A DNA stretch of 63,573 nt, taken from the NCBI GenBank assembly GCA_016184145.1, contig JACPDF010000024.1, positions 1 to 63,573 of the forward strand, written 5' to 3'. The stretch is from Candidatus Woesearchaeota archaeon. GTDB lineage: Archaea; Nanobdellota; Nanobdellia; Woesearchaeales; GW2011-AR4. Shown piece after piece: positions 46,973-56,356 of the stretch (within the stretch, counting starts at the first letter, position 1; every line of letters begins with the position of its first letter). The translations under genes were made by a program, and so were the position numbers. The notes under the pieces are model-generated. The model saw only the letters and a program-made list of their open reading frames with translations, did not search any database and was not told where the DNA came from.

Positions 46973-47692
46973 ATGTTTTTGAAGATGAAATTAAAGGATA
47001 AAGTTGCATTGGTTACTGGAGCCAGTTCCGGAATAGGAAAAGCTGTCAGCTTGTTGTTTGCCGGGGAAGGGGCAACAGTGATTCTTACCGGGAGGCATTT
47101 AAATAATTTAAAACTGGTTGAAAATGAAATAAAGCATAATAATGGAAAAGCAGAGTCATTTGCAATGGATATAACTGACAGGGAGCAAATCAACAAAACC
47201 ATAAAAAAAATTATTGGAAAACACAAAAAAATTGACATATTGGTCAATAATGCCGGCATAGCAAAATGGAATTCGATAGAAAATACAACTTATGAGGAAT
47301 TCTATGAGCACATTAACATCAACCTAATCGGATATTTTAACTGCATCAAAGAGCTTGTGCCGATAATGATTAAGCAAAAGTCAGGCTCTATAGTGAATAT
47401 AATAACAAGCACTGTAAAGAAAACAAAAGCTGAAAGGGTTGCTTATGCAACCTCTAAATACGGGCAGGCTGGCTTGTCAAATGCAGTTCATGAAGATCTG
47501 AAAAATAAGGGAATTTCCGTTGTAGCTGTTTATCCGGGAAAGACCGATACTCCAATACATGGTCTGCCGGAAGATGATCCAAGAAGGAAGGAAATGCTTA
47601 AACCGGAGAAAGTTGCCGAGGTTGTTTTGAAAGCTGCTTTAATACCCGCGGAGAAGGATGTTAAGGAGCTGTCAATTAACCCAGTAAAATAA
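46973..47692 (+). CDS. Short-chain dehydrogenase/reductase
   Basis: TGASSGIG, NNAG, YATSK; start may be 46985. Confidence 0.92.
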   Translation: MFLKMKLKDKVALVTGASSGIGKAVSLLFAGEGATVILTGRHLNNLKLVENEIKHNNGKAESFAMDITDREQINKTIKKIIGKHKKIDILVNNAGIAKWNSIENTTYEEFYEHININLIGYFNCIKELVPIMIKQKSGSIVNIITSTVKKTKAERVAYATSKYGQAGLSNAVHEDLKNKGISVVAVYPGKTDTPIHGLPEDDPRRKEMLKPEKVAEVVLKAALIPAEKDVKELSINPVK

Positions 47693-47788
47693 GATTACCT
47701 ATAATTTTTATCTAAATAGTTCAAAATGCTCAAATAAATTTTAAAGAAGATTTTTATATAAGCCCAATAGCCCAAAAAACAAGATAAT

Positions 47789-50584
47789 ATGGAATATGCC
47801 AAAATAAGGGATTTTTTTGTAAAGTACTGGTCGTATTTTCTAGTCCTGATACCAATATTTATCGTCATATACATGAGGATGCAGTCGGCAAACCTTACAA
47901 TCACAGACGACTGGGCAGCCACAAATGTTTACAACTACTACAAGGCATCAATCAAAAGCCAAATAATGCAGCAATACCCGAATATTCCTGAATCCAACTT
48001 AAATTCCCTTGTGGAGCAGGAGTTTGGCAAGTTTGCAAGTGAAAACAAGGAGAATATAAACCAGCAGATAAAAGCAGTTTCCCAGCAATTAAAAGACAAT
48101 TATCAATACGAATCCGGAAGCAAGCGCTACCCCTATATGGGCGACATAGACTCCTATTACTTTTTGAGGCAGGCAAGAAATATAGTTGAAAAATCCCATA
48201 ATTGCGATGTAATTGAGAATGGGATATGCTATGATACATATACCTTGGCTCCGTTAAAAGCAAGGCTGTCACAAACCATACACCCTTATTTCATAGTATA
48301 CCTCTACAAAATAATCAAGCCTTTTAATCCTGACATAACGCTAATGCAGGCTCAGATTTTAGTGCCTACTGTGCTTGCAGTGGCAATTGCAATCATTGTT
48401 TTCTTTATGATGCTAAGGAATTTTAACCTGCTTGCAGCGCTTACAACCTCAATCTTGGTTTCAGTTAATCCTATATTCCTATCAAGAAGCCTTGGGTCTG
48501 ATACGGACATATACAATGTATTCTTTCCGGTTCTGGTGGTATTCCTCATTTTTGAATCGTTTAGATCAGAAAACTTGAAGGCAAAAGCGATTTTTGCTGC
48601 GCTTGCTGGCATTTTCATCGGCGCATATAGCTTTTCCTGGAACGGCTGGTGGTATCTTTTTGACTTTATTATAATAGCAATTATTGCAGATTTCATATTC
48701 AAAACAGCTAAAGAATATATAAAAACGAAAAAATTTGATTTAAGGGAAACAGCAAGAAGCCAAAATGCAATTAGGACATTTTCCATCTTAGCGCCGTTTT
48801 TGATTTTTTCAATGATTGCTGTAAGCCTTATCATTGGCTTTAACTCTGTACTTGAAGCCTATAGGAGCCCTCTTTCCTTCGTTACGGTAAAGGCAGCAGC
48901 ACAACAAAGCTTATGGCCAAATGTCCTGACTACAGTCGCTGAGTTCAACGAAGCATCTATAAATGAAATAATAAAGCAGATGGGAGGAAGAGTGTTTTTC
49001 TTTTTTGCCATGCTTGGATTTGTTCTCCTGTTTTATAAGAAACTCAAGAATATAACAAGCAATATCTTCTTATTCTTAATTTCCATTGGGCTGCTATATT
49101 ATCTTGCAACCAAAAGCGCAACCAGCTCTCTTGCTCCGGTCACCTACATTTTGGTGCTTGGCCTGCCACTTATTTTAGGAATTTATATGGCATTGCGCTC
49201 GGAAGAGGACTTTGATATAAAAACTGCAGTGCTTCTATTTTTATGGGTGTCTGCATCTATTTACGCAGCGACAAAGGGCGTGCGCTTTACCCTGCTTCTG
49301 CTTCCGCCAATTGCCATAGGAATCGGAATTGCTTTTGGATTCCTGCATTCAAAACTGACCCTTTTGCTTGCCAAAGCCCTCAGAATAAAATGGCTGATAA
49401 GCATAGTTATCTTCCTGTTTTTCGCATTTTACCTTATAGAGCCTGTTAAAAATGGAGTTAACATATCCAAACAATACATTCCAAATGTTGACGACCAGTG
49501 GTGGAATGCGTTAACAAAGATAAAGGAAAGCTCCAAGCCGGATGCCATAATAAACTCGTGGTGGGACTTTGGGCACTGGTTTAAGTACATTGCAGACAGG
49601 AGAGTCACGCTTGATGGCTCGTCTCAAAATAATGAGCAGCTCCATTGGCTGGGGAAGCTTCTCCTCACGCCAGATGAAAATGAGGCAAGAGGCATCCTAA
49701 GGATGCTTGATTGCGGAGGGAATAAAGCTTTTAGGGACATAGATAAAAAGAAGGATAATGCCCAAAAATCAATCGAGCTTGTCAATAAGATCATTCTTTT
49801 AAAGAAAAAGGAAGATGTGGAGAAAATGCTTTTAGAAAATGGCTTTTCACAGGCAGAATCAAATGAAATTTTGCAATACAGCCATTGCGAGGCTCCGGAG
49901 AACTTTTTAATAACAAGCGAGGATATGGTGGGAAAAAGCGGCGTATGGTCTCATTTCGGCAGCTGGAATTTTGGCAGGGCCTGGATGCAAAAAACGTTCA
50001 AAAACGCGAAAGAGAAAGAAGAAGTAATTAAAAGTTTCATTGAGCAGTTTGGGTTCTCAAGGGAAGAAGCTGATAGCTATTATTCCCAGCTTGAAAACCT
50101 GAAAACGGAATCTGAAATTAATGCCTGGATAGCCCCTTGGCCGGGTTACGCCCAGGGGGAATCCGGCTGTGAGAACGATAATGGCACGGTAAAATGCGGC
50201 TTTCAAAATGTGGTTGTAGAAATTAACCTGACTACGATGGAAGCCAGAATTCCAACAAGCCAAGGCTATTTAAGGCCGGATGTATTTGGCTACACAACCC
50301 CAGATAGTGTTGAGATAAAGGATTATTCCGAGAACACCATAGGCATAGGAATGGTGCTGATGATAACAAAAGACAGCTATACAAGCATTTTCATGTCGCC
50401 GCAGCTTGTAAACAGCACATTTACAAAGCTATATTATCTTGACGGCCACGGCACATCGTACTTTGAGCCTTTTCACAGCAGCACGGGCTTTAACGGCTTC
50501 AGCATTAAAATATGGAAAGTCAACTGGGAAGGAAGAGAAAATAGGCTGATTGCTGACAGGTTTAATGCAGCCAAATTTAGCTGA
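47789..50584 (+). CDS. aglB: Oligosaccharyltransferase AglB/STT3
   Basis: DSYY, DTD, TVAE and WWDFG motifs; many transmembrane segments. Confidence 0.93.
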   Translation: MEYAKIRDFFVKYWSYFLVLIPIFIVIYMRMQSANLTITDDWAATNVYNYYKASIKSQIMQQYPNIPESNLNSLVEQEFGKFASENKENINQQIKAVSQQLKDNYQYESGSKRYPYMGDIDSYYFLRQARNIVEKSHNCDVIENGICYDTYTLAPLKARLSQTIHPYFIVYLYKIIKPFNPDITLMQAQILVPTVLAVAIAIIVFFMMLRNFNLLAALTTSILVSVNPIFLSRSLGSDTDIYNVFFPVLVVFLIFESFRSENLKAKAIFAALAGIFIGAYSFSWNGWWYLFDFIIIAIIADFIFKTAKEYIKTKKFDLRETARSQNAIRTFSILAPFLIFSMIAVSLIIGFNSVLEAYRSPLSFVTVKAAAQQSLWPNVLTTVAEFNEASINEIIKQMGGRVFFFFAMLGFVLLFYKKLKNITSNIFLFLISIGLLYYLATKSATSSLAPVTYILVLGLPLILGIYMALRSEEDFDIKTAVLLFLWVSASIYAATKGVRFTLLLLPPIAIGIGIAFGFLHSKLTLLLAKALRIKWLISIVIFLFFAFYLIEPVKNGVNISKQYIPNVDDQWWNALTKIKESSKPDAIINSWWDFGHWFKYIADRRVTLDGSSQNNEQLHWLGKLLLTPDENEARGILRMLDCGGNKAFRDIDKKKDNAQKSIELVNKIILLKKKEDVEKMLLENGFSQAESNEILQYSHCEAPENFLITSEDMVGKSGVWSHFGSWNFGRAWMQKTFKNAKEKEEVIKSFIEQFGFSREEADSYYSQLENLKTESEINAWIAPWPGYAQGESGCENDNGTVKCGFQNVVVEINLTTMEARIPTSQGYLRPDVFGYTTPDSVEIKDYSENTIGIGMVLMITKDSYTSIFMSPQLVNSTFTKLYYLDGHGTSYFEPFHSSTGFNGFSIKIWKVNWEGRENRLIADRFNAAKFS

Positions 50585-50603
50585 AAAGATTGCAAGAATT
50601 ATA

Positions 50604-51362
50604 TTAAAAACTAATATGCCTTTCTCTCAGCTTATCAACACAATAATCTGCTATTGTTTTTAAGTTTATTACATCTTCCTCATTATATTCCACTAATAAT
50701 TTTAAATAATAATCGTCTCCTGTTGCGCGGTACATCCTCCATAATGCCAGGGCATCTCCGCCATAGAATCCTTCTATTATTTTGTTTCTTTCGATGCCTA
50801 ATTTTTTCTCTATTTCTTTTAAGCCGCCTTTAAGGTTTAACTTGTTAGTTATGGATTTGACATCGAAGTTTGGAATATTTGGCAATAAATGAGGATATAG
50901 TCTATTAATGAATGGAACATCAAAACTTGATCCGTTGAATGTTACGATTAATTTATATTTGCTTAATTCATTTTTTAATTCTTTTAAATCAAAATTGATG
51001 CCTTTAATCATTGTTTTTGTCTCTATGCCGTCAAACAACCCGATAACAGTAATGTCATCATTATTCCTGTCCAATCCTGTTGTTTCGATGTCAAGAAAAA
51101 CAGCTTCGTCCTTGAAAAAATCATACAGCCTGTAATACTCTGCCTGAGGCAGTATTTTTTTAAAGTAAGAGGAATCCTGGCTATAGAGCGCCTTTCTTGC
51201 CTGCAGGATTTTCCTGTCGTAGTATATTTTTCTTCTTTTGCTTATTCCACCGATTTTTTGTGCATTAAGGAAAGAGTCCCAGTCCTTGATTCCCTGCTTC
51301 CATAAATTTTCCTCTAAGCCTCTTTTTACCCTTTCAAGGAAAAGGAAAGTGTTTTGGATCAT
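50604..51362 (-). CDS. YprB-like RNase H-fold exonuclease
   Basis: FLDIETTGL, VTFNGSSFDVPF, GGLK.IE, YNEEDV. Confidence 0.85.
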   Translation of the reverse strand: MIQNTFLFLERVKRGLEENLWKQGIKDWDSFLNAQKIGGISKRRKIYYDRKILQARKALYSQDSSYFKKILPQAEYYRLYDFFKDEAVFLDIETTGLDRNNDDITVIGLFDGIETKTMIKGINFDLKELKNELSKYKLIVTFNGSSFDVPFINRLYPHLLPNIPNFDVKSITNKLNLKGGLKEIEKKLGIERNKIIEGFYGGDALALWRMYRATGDDYYLKLLVEYNEEDVINLKTIADYCVDKLRERHISF

Positions 51363-51522
51363 TATTGGGAAAGTTTTTTATAATGGATTTAAAATTAAAA
51401 TAATTGTCCTGTCAAGTCGACCTATGCGGCCTTTTTTTCTTTTATTTTATAAACCATTTATTTATAAACCTGACGCGGGAATGTCCAGTGCAATATAAAC
51501 AGATGTCCAGTGGGAAAGATTC

Positions 51523-51574
51523 ACATAACACTTGCTTTTTACAAACATAAATGTTCGCAAAAAGCGTGTTAGGC
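51523..51574 (+). mobile_element. attC-like recombination site (left)
   Basis: ACATAAC...GTTAGGC core sites around an imperfect palindrome whose mismatches become G-T pairs on the bottom strand; 52 nt is slightly short for attC. Confidence 0.5.
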
Positions 51575-51647
51575 AAACATTTGCGGACACCAAGAATGCT
51601 TTTGTCTTCGTCTAATCTCTGTAGATTAAGCAAACTTTTTAGGGAAA

Positions 51648-51905
51648 TCAATCATAAACTCTTGAGCGCTTATCTACTTTGACTACAATGAGCTTGTTTG
51701 GATTGTATCTCACAATGTAAAGAATTCGTTGGTCTCCAACTCTTACTCTGAAAACTTTCTCGCCTTTAAAATCTTCAACTCTTTCAATGTCCTGTGGAAA
51801 AGGATTTTCTTCTAGCTTTTCAATTTTTTCGCGAATTCGTTCTCCACCGTATTTCTTGATATATTTCGCAGCCTTATTAGAGAATTCTGCTGGAAAATTA
51901 ACCAT
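51648..51905 (-). CDS. relE: RelE/ParE-family toxin
   Basis: IREKIEKLEENPFP, FRVRVGDQRILY, VDKRSRVY. Confidence 0.9.
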   Translation of the reverse strand: MVNFPAEFSNKAAKYIKKYGGERIREKIEKLEENPFPQDIERVEDFKGEKVFRVRVGDQRILYIVRYNPNKLIVVKVDKRSRVYD

Positions 51906-51906
51906 C

Positions 51907-52092
51907 TTAACCAAATACTTGCTTTTTGCTTAGAAGTTTTCCTTCTCTTTCTTCTTTAAGTGCTTCTGCCAATGCCTTTTTATCGTCTTCACTTAGTTTT
52001 GTGTCTTCAATGTATTCCATTATGTAATCAACTTTCTTTTCCACGCTTGCTAATTTGCTGAGTATTTGTTTTTCAAATGTTGTTTCACTCAT
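51907..52092 (-). CDS. Antitoxin (archaeal RelB-like)
   Basis: Small acidic ORF directly upstream of relE; LSEDDKKALAEALKEEREGKLLS pattern; own TATA. Confidence 0.75.
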   Translation of the reverse strand: MSETTFEKQILSKLASVEKKVDYIMEYIEDTKLSEDDKKALAEALKEEREGKLLSKKQVFG

Positions 52093-52244
52093 TGTAGTCA
52101 AACAATATACGTTTTAGTATAAAAATATATCGCTAGATTTCCCTAAAAAGTACGACAAAAGCATTCTTGGTGTCCGCAAATGTCTGCGCTCACGAATTTC
52201 ATTCGTTCGCTTGGTGGAATTTCCGCTTCGCTTCAATTCCACTC

Positions 52245-52324
52245 GCCTAACACTCGCAAGGCAAACTTTTTCTCGCTTCGCTCAAAAAAGTCTCGAGTGC
52301 TTCAAAATTTTTTCAACGTTATGC
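52245..52324 (+). mobile_element. attC-like recombination site (right, degenerate)
   Basis: GCCTAAC...GTTATGC with central hairpin containing GCTTCGC; GCCTAAC is the exact complement of the left GTTAGGC; L boxes poorly formed. Confidence 0.45.
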
Positions 52325-52379
52325 GAACTTTTCAAAAACTAAGAGAATATTTTTAAAGTCATTTGTATTATCTTTCATT

Positions 52380-52652
52380 ATGGCTGCCATATTAGGCACA
52401 AGATATGCTGAAACAAAGGAAAGATTAAGGGAAGCAATAAGAAATGGCACCATAAGCGTGTTAGAAATTGAAGTGGGAAATTTCTCTTCGTACTTCACTC
52501 TAAAGCCTATAAAAGAAAATCCAATAATGCTTGTCGAGATTGATGAAAATGGAACTAGGAAGTATTTTATATCCAGAGAAGAATATGGAGCATGCTGTCC
52601 TAACAATGAGAGACTGCTGAGATTTTACAAAGGAAGCAGCTCAATAAATTAG
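52380..52652 (+). CDS. Hypothetical protein (orphan)
   Basis: 90-aa ORF with upstream TATA-like TTTTAAAG, starting 55 nt after the right attC-like site. Confidence 0.5.
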   Translation: MAAILGTRYAETKERLREAIRNGTISVLEIEVGNFSSYFTLKPIKENPIMLVEIDENGTRKYFISREEYGACCPNNERLLRFYKGSSSIN

Positions 52653-52653
52653 G

Positions 52654-53076
52654 CTATTTCTCCGGAACAATAATCCAGGCAATTATGTATGCAATGATTG
52701 CTGCTCCGAAGCTTAAGAATACCAATAATACCCATACGAGCCTTACGACTGTTGGATCTATTTCCAGATACTCGCCTATTCCTCCGCATACTCCTGCTAT
52801 AATGCGGTTTTTCCTGCTCCTGAACAATCTTTTGCCCTTAAATGATTTTTCCTTTGCCAATTTAGCACCTCTGGATCTTGACAAGATGAAATACAATAAG
52901 GCGCCAAGCACGTTAAGTAACACTATAACAACCAACCACAATAATTTTTCAGGAACATTTAACCTTGATGACAGGCAATGCACTATTGCCCAAATCCACA
53001 AAATAAACAATAATAATACCAATAACAAAACAAATACGATTGCCCATAAGGGAAATAATATGAGAGGAGATACCAT
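52654..53076 (-). CDS. PLDc_N plus PspC domain membrane protein
   Basis: WIWAIVHC...KLLW...LGALLY; LFRSRKNRIIAGVCGGIGEYLEIDPTVVRL. Confidence 0.88.
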   Translation of the reverse strand: MVSPLILFPLWAIVFVLLLVLLLFILWIWAIVHCLSSRLNVPEKLLWLVVIVLLNVLGALLYFILSRSRGAKLAKEKSFKGKRLFRSRKNRIIAGVCGGIGEYLEIDPTVVRLVWVLLVFLSFGAAIIAYIIAWIIVPEK

Positions 53077-53077
53077 C

Positions 53078-54181
53078 TTACAGCACTATATAAGGCTTGA
53101 GCTTTATCTTTAAGGCTTCCTCCATGTTCTTCTCATCTTCAGATGCAGTATAAACCAGCTTCTTTTTTTTCTTCTCATACTGCTTTATCTTGAACTTCAT
53201 CAATTTTTGATAGTCTTTGATATAGTCATATTTGAAATGCTCCAAATACAGGTCAAGCTTTGGGATGAAAAATGCAGCCTTAAAATCATCCTTGTCTGCC
53301 CATGTTACAGCAGCATTATATTGGAAAATTAGATTATTGTCAAAAAGGAAGTTGGCAATGATCTGCTCTGACTTGTCCCTCACCAGATGGCCTGTCTTTG
53401 TCTTGAATTTTAAGTCGGAATCGAGGATTGTTGAATGCTTTACCTCTATTCCTTTCTCCCCTTTTATGTCGTCAAACAAGGCTATGCCCTCCTTGTTCTC
53501 GTAGTTTTTGCTTATCATTATGACATTGTCAAAGGAAAGCATCGCATCTTTTACAAGGCCCATCAAAAACTCAATATGGCCTTTTTTGTACCATGCGTCT
53601 GCATTGCGCCTGTCTATTTCAACGGCTTTTGCAAAGCATTCATGCGCCAAGCTTAACAGATTGCTTTTCTCGTCCATTTTCTTCAAAATGTCCATAGTTT
53701 TCTCATCAGCATCAAACTCCGATTCCATTCTTGTCTTGTATGTTTCTTCGTCTCCTTTTATTAGCTGCTTCGCAAGGTAATAGGAATTCCCTTTTCCCAT
53801 CAAGGCCTTTACCTTGTTTTCATTGTCAGTATTGTCTATCTTCAATGCATTGTCAAAATACTCTATTGAATCCCTTATTTTGTTCATGTAAGAATAAGAA
53901 GCAGCTATGTTGTAATAGATTTTGAAGAAGAACTCTGCAGGCTTTTTGAAAATAAGCTCCTTTTCATTATAGGGGAAGATTTCCAGGGCCTTATTATATT
54001 CATTGATTGCATGCTTGTACTGCTTTAAATGAGCTAACCTGTCAGCTTCTTTCTTTATCTGCTCTGCCTTCTTCATATCTTCTGATTCCCTATAACTCTC
54101 AAGCTTCTGCTCCTCAGCCAATTCCTCTGCTTTTCTCTTCCTTCGCTCTTCCAGAGCTTTCTTAATCCTGCCAATCACCAT
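53078..54181 (-). CDS. TPR-repeat protein with degenerate nuclease-like C-terminal domain
   Basis: TPR patterns (AINEYNKALEI, DAWYKKG); C-terminal GHLVRDKSEQIIANFL...LYLEHF. Confidence 0.7.
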   Translation of the reverse strand: MVIGRIKKALEERRKRKAEELAEEQKLESYRESEDMKKAEQIKKEADRLAHLKQYKHAINEYNKALEIFPYNEKELIFKKPAEFFFKIYYNIAASYSYMNKIRDSIEYFDNALKIDNTDNENKVKALMGKGNSYYLAKQLIKGDEETYKTRMESEFDADEKTMDILKKMDEKSNLLSLAHECFAKAVEIDRRNADAWYKKGHIEFLMGLVKDAMLSFDNVIMISKNYENKEGIALFDDIKGEKGIEVKHSTILDSDLKFKTKTGHLVRDKSEQIIANFLFDNNLIFQYNAAVTWADKDDFKAAFFIPKLDLYLEHFKYDYIKDYQKLMKFKIKQYEKKKKKLVYTASEDEKNMEEALKIKLKPYIVL

Positions 54182-54276
54182 TTTGCAGTAATTTCACAAC
54201 AAGGGGATATATAAATTTTTGTTTTTCAGGCAAACAAATGAAAAGATATAAAAAATAAGCGAGTATATCCAATACT

Positions 54277-54564
54277 ATGGCAACCAAGGAAGAGGTAATA
54301 GAAGCTTTGAAGAAAGTGAATGACCCTGAGATAGGGATAGATGTCTATACTCTGGAGCTTATTTATGATGTTAAGGTTGAGGATGGAAGGGTTGAAATAT
54401 TAATGACCCTGACAACTCCAATGTGCCCTTACGGGCCTATGCTGATTGAGGAGATAAGGGCAAGAGTAAGGGAACTAAAAGGCGTCAAGGAAGTTGATGT
54501 GGAAGTGACTTTTGATCCACCATGGCAGCCTTCTGAGCAGCTTAGAGCTACTTTAGGTGTTTAA
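54277..54564 (+). CDS. DUF59/SufT-like Fe-S assembly protein
   Basis: V.DPEIGID...L.LIY, MTLTTPMCP, FDPPW. Confidence 0.92.
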   Translation: MATKEEVIEALKKVNDPEIGIDVYTLELIYDVKVEDGRVEILMTLTTPMCPYGPMLIEEIRARVRELKGVKEVDVEVTFDPPWQPSEQLRATLGV

Positions 54565-54566
54565 TT

Positions 54567-55640
54567 TCAGAATTCTGTAAGCTTCTTTGTCTTGGTAGAG
54601 TATTTTACTATTGTTGTGTTGCCGTCCTTGCCACCAGAAGTCTTCTTGACATTTATGAACTTGTTTTTCTCTAATTTCTCAATCTTTCTCTGGAAACTCT
54701 TGTAAACTAATTTGCCTCCCTTTTCCTGGTACATTGCAAAAAGGTCGCCAATCTTTTTCTCGGAGTTGTTCTTTATTATGCTTAATATGGATTGCTCGTC
54801 CTCTGTCAGGTCAGTGCTTTTTTTTATTGTAAACTTGTCGGCTTTTTTCATGGCTTCTTCTGCATGCTGCAATGTTATTTTTCTTGAGGATTTGTCCTCT
54901 GCTATGTTTGCCGCTTCCCTCATCAGATACAAACCAGCCCTCATATCCCCTGATTCTGCTGTCTTTTTTACTACGAGCTCAAAAGCGTCTTTTTCCCATA
55001 CACCCGGAACAAATGCATATTCAATCCTCTGCTTAAGAATATCGCGGGTTTCTTCGAGATTGTAAGGCCTGAACTCAAGGGTTTCTGACATCAACCTGGA
55101 CTTGACGCGGTCATCGAGGTCATCAAACCAATCAGAATAATTCGTTATCAATATTACAGATTTCCTGTATATTTCCTCAAGGACAGAGTAAAGAAAATCA
55201 TACTCTTCTAATTTATCGACTTCGTCAAAAGCAAAGACAACCGCTTTCTTGTTTGCTATTGTTTTTATTACATCAAAAAGCTCTTCTGTCCTCTTGTTGT
55301 GGGTCAATTTATAGCCGAGCTGTTCGCATATGTCCACTATAATCTTGAAAGTCGTGTTTTTCTGCCAGCAGTTTATGTATATAGGCATCACATCCTCTGT
55401 TTCATCCTCCAATTCATTAATAACATGCCTTATGGCAGCAGTCTTTCCTATTCCAGGAGCGCCAAAAACAAATACATTCCTTCCATTTTTTCCCATCAGC
55501 AGGGGCCTTATGGATGCGGCTATGTATCTTTGCTGATTCTCGCGGTGAGGCAATAATTTTGGCAGGAAAGAATAATCTAACGCAACCTCATTCTTGAAAA
55601 GGGATTCATCTGAACCGAGCATGTCCTTGAATAAAGCCAT
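54567..55640 (-). CDS. cdc6: Orc1/Cdc6-family AAA+ protein
   Basis: P.LLPHRE, GAPGIGKT, YINC, DEVD, RVKSRL, F.PY, GDMR. Confidence 0.9.
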   Translation of the reverse strand: MALFKDMLGSDESLFKNEVALDYSFLPKLLPHRENQQRYIAASIRPLLMGKNGRNVFVFGAPGIGKTAAIRHVINELEDETEDVMPIYINCWQKNTTFKIIVDICEQLGYKLTHNKRTEELFDVIKTIANKKAVVFAFDEVDKLEEYDFLYSVLEEIYRKSVILITNYSDWFDDLDDRVKSRLMSETLEFRPYNLEETRDILKQRIEYAFVPGVWEKDAFELVVKKTAESGDMRAGLYLMREAANIAEDKSSRKITLQHAEEAMKKADKFTIKKSTDLTEDEQSILSIIKNNSEKKIGDLFAMYQEKGGKLVYKSFQRKIEKLEKNKFINVKKTSGGKDGNTTIVKYSTKTKKLTEF

Positions 55641-55718
55641 TAAACCACCTTAAAGAGCATATTGGAATTATGGTATTTTTATGTGTTTCTATTTTTCATA
55701 TGTATCTTATAGATTGAA

Positions 55719-55836
55719 TAAAAATAATGCCCGGGGTATTTACGCCTCGCCAATGCGCTCGGCTTCTATTGCTATACACAGCATTAAGGACTCGCCTACA
55801 ATAATTGGCGAGACTAAAAGGTTTATCTTAAGAACC
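55719..55836 (+). repeat. Intergenic repeat family A, copy 2 (no family B insert)
   Basis: Aligns with 2861-3023, including the CTCGCC...GGCGAG hairpin. Confidence 0.7.
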
Positions 55837-55844
55837 AAGAATAC

Positions 55845-56327
55845 TTATTCCCTTACGCACTTATTATCGCTGCACGCATAGCCTTCATCGCAGCCGCACA
55901 GGTTGCAGTTAAAGACCAGTTTTCCGTCCTGGCAGAATTTCCCGTTTAGGAAAGAGCATTCGCCATAAATGCTGCCGTCAGCGCACCTTTCCAGCGCTGC
56001 GCAGGTTCCGAATTCAGTGCAAGTCTCGCCTTCATTGCAACCGCATTCGTAGCAATTATAAACCAAATTCCCGTCAGCACAATACAATGGCTTAGTGTTT
56101 GAGCATGAGCCATGCTGAATATTTCCAATACAGGAGTTTCCAATATTATTATTTTCATTAACTGAAATATTAGCCTGATTATTTGTTTCTATTAAATCGT
56201 TATTTCCGGCTTCTTTTACAGCGAAACCAGTTGTTTTCGGCTCTGAGGCAAATAAAGCGATTATAGAAACGAACATAAGCAAGGAAAGCAAAATTCCGTA
56301 GAAATTTGATTTTTTATTTAATGCCAT
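55845..56327 (-). CDS. Membrane-anchored Cys-rich repeat protein
   Basis: N-terminal TM followed by TTGFAV; two repeats C..G...G.CS.....C.DG.LV.NC..CGC.EG..C. Confidence 0.75.
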   Translation of the reverse strand: MALNKKSNFYGILLSLLMFVSIIALFASEPKTTGFAVKEAGNNDLIETNNQANISVNENNNIGNSCIGNIQHGSCSNTKPLYCADGNLVYNCYECGCNEGETCTEFGTCAALERCADGSIYGECSFLNGKFCQDGKLVFNCNLCGCDEGYACSDNKCVRE

Positions 56328-56356
56328 CGTATTTTAATGATTATTTCCCTATTAAT

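Larger units (their letters stand above)
51573..52187. repeat. Long inverted repeats flanking the toxin-antitoxin pair
   Basis: 51573-51606 versus 52154-52187 (33/34 complementary) and 51634-51649 versus 52136-52151 (16/16). Confidence 0.9.

Noticed and set aside
51481-51518. ATGTCCAGTG direct repeats resembling ORB elements (TCCAGTGGGAAA)
   Set aside because: Only two short copies, no G-string, and 3 kb from cdc6; insufficient to call an origin. They might be integrase-binding repeats but this cannot be shown.
55641-55845. Replication origin upstream of cdc6
   Set aside because: No ORB repeats recognised; the spacer is occupied by repeat family A.
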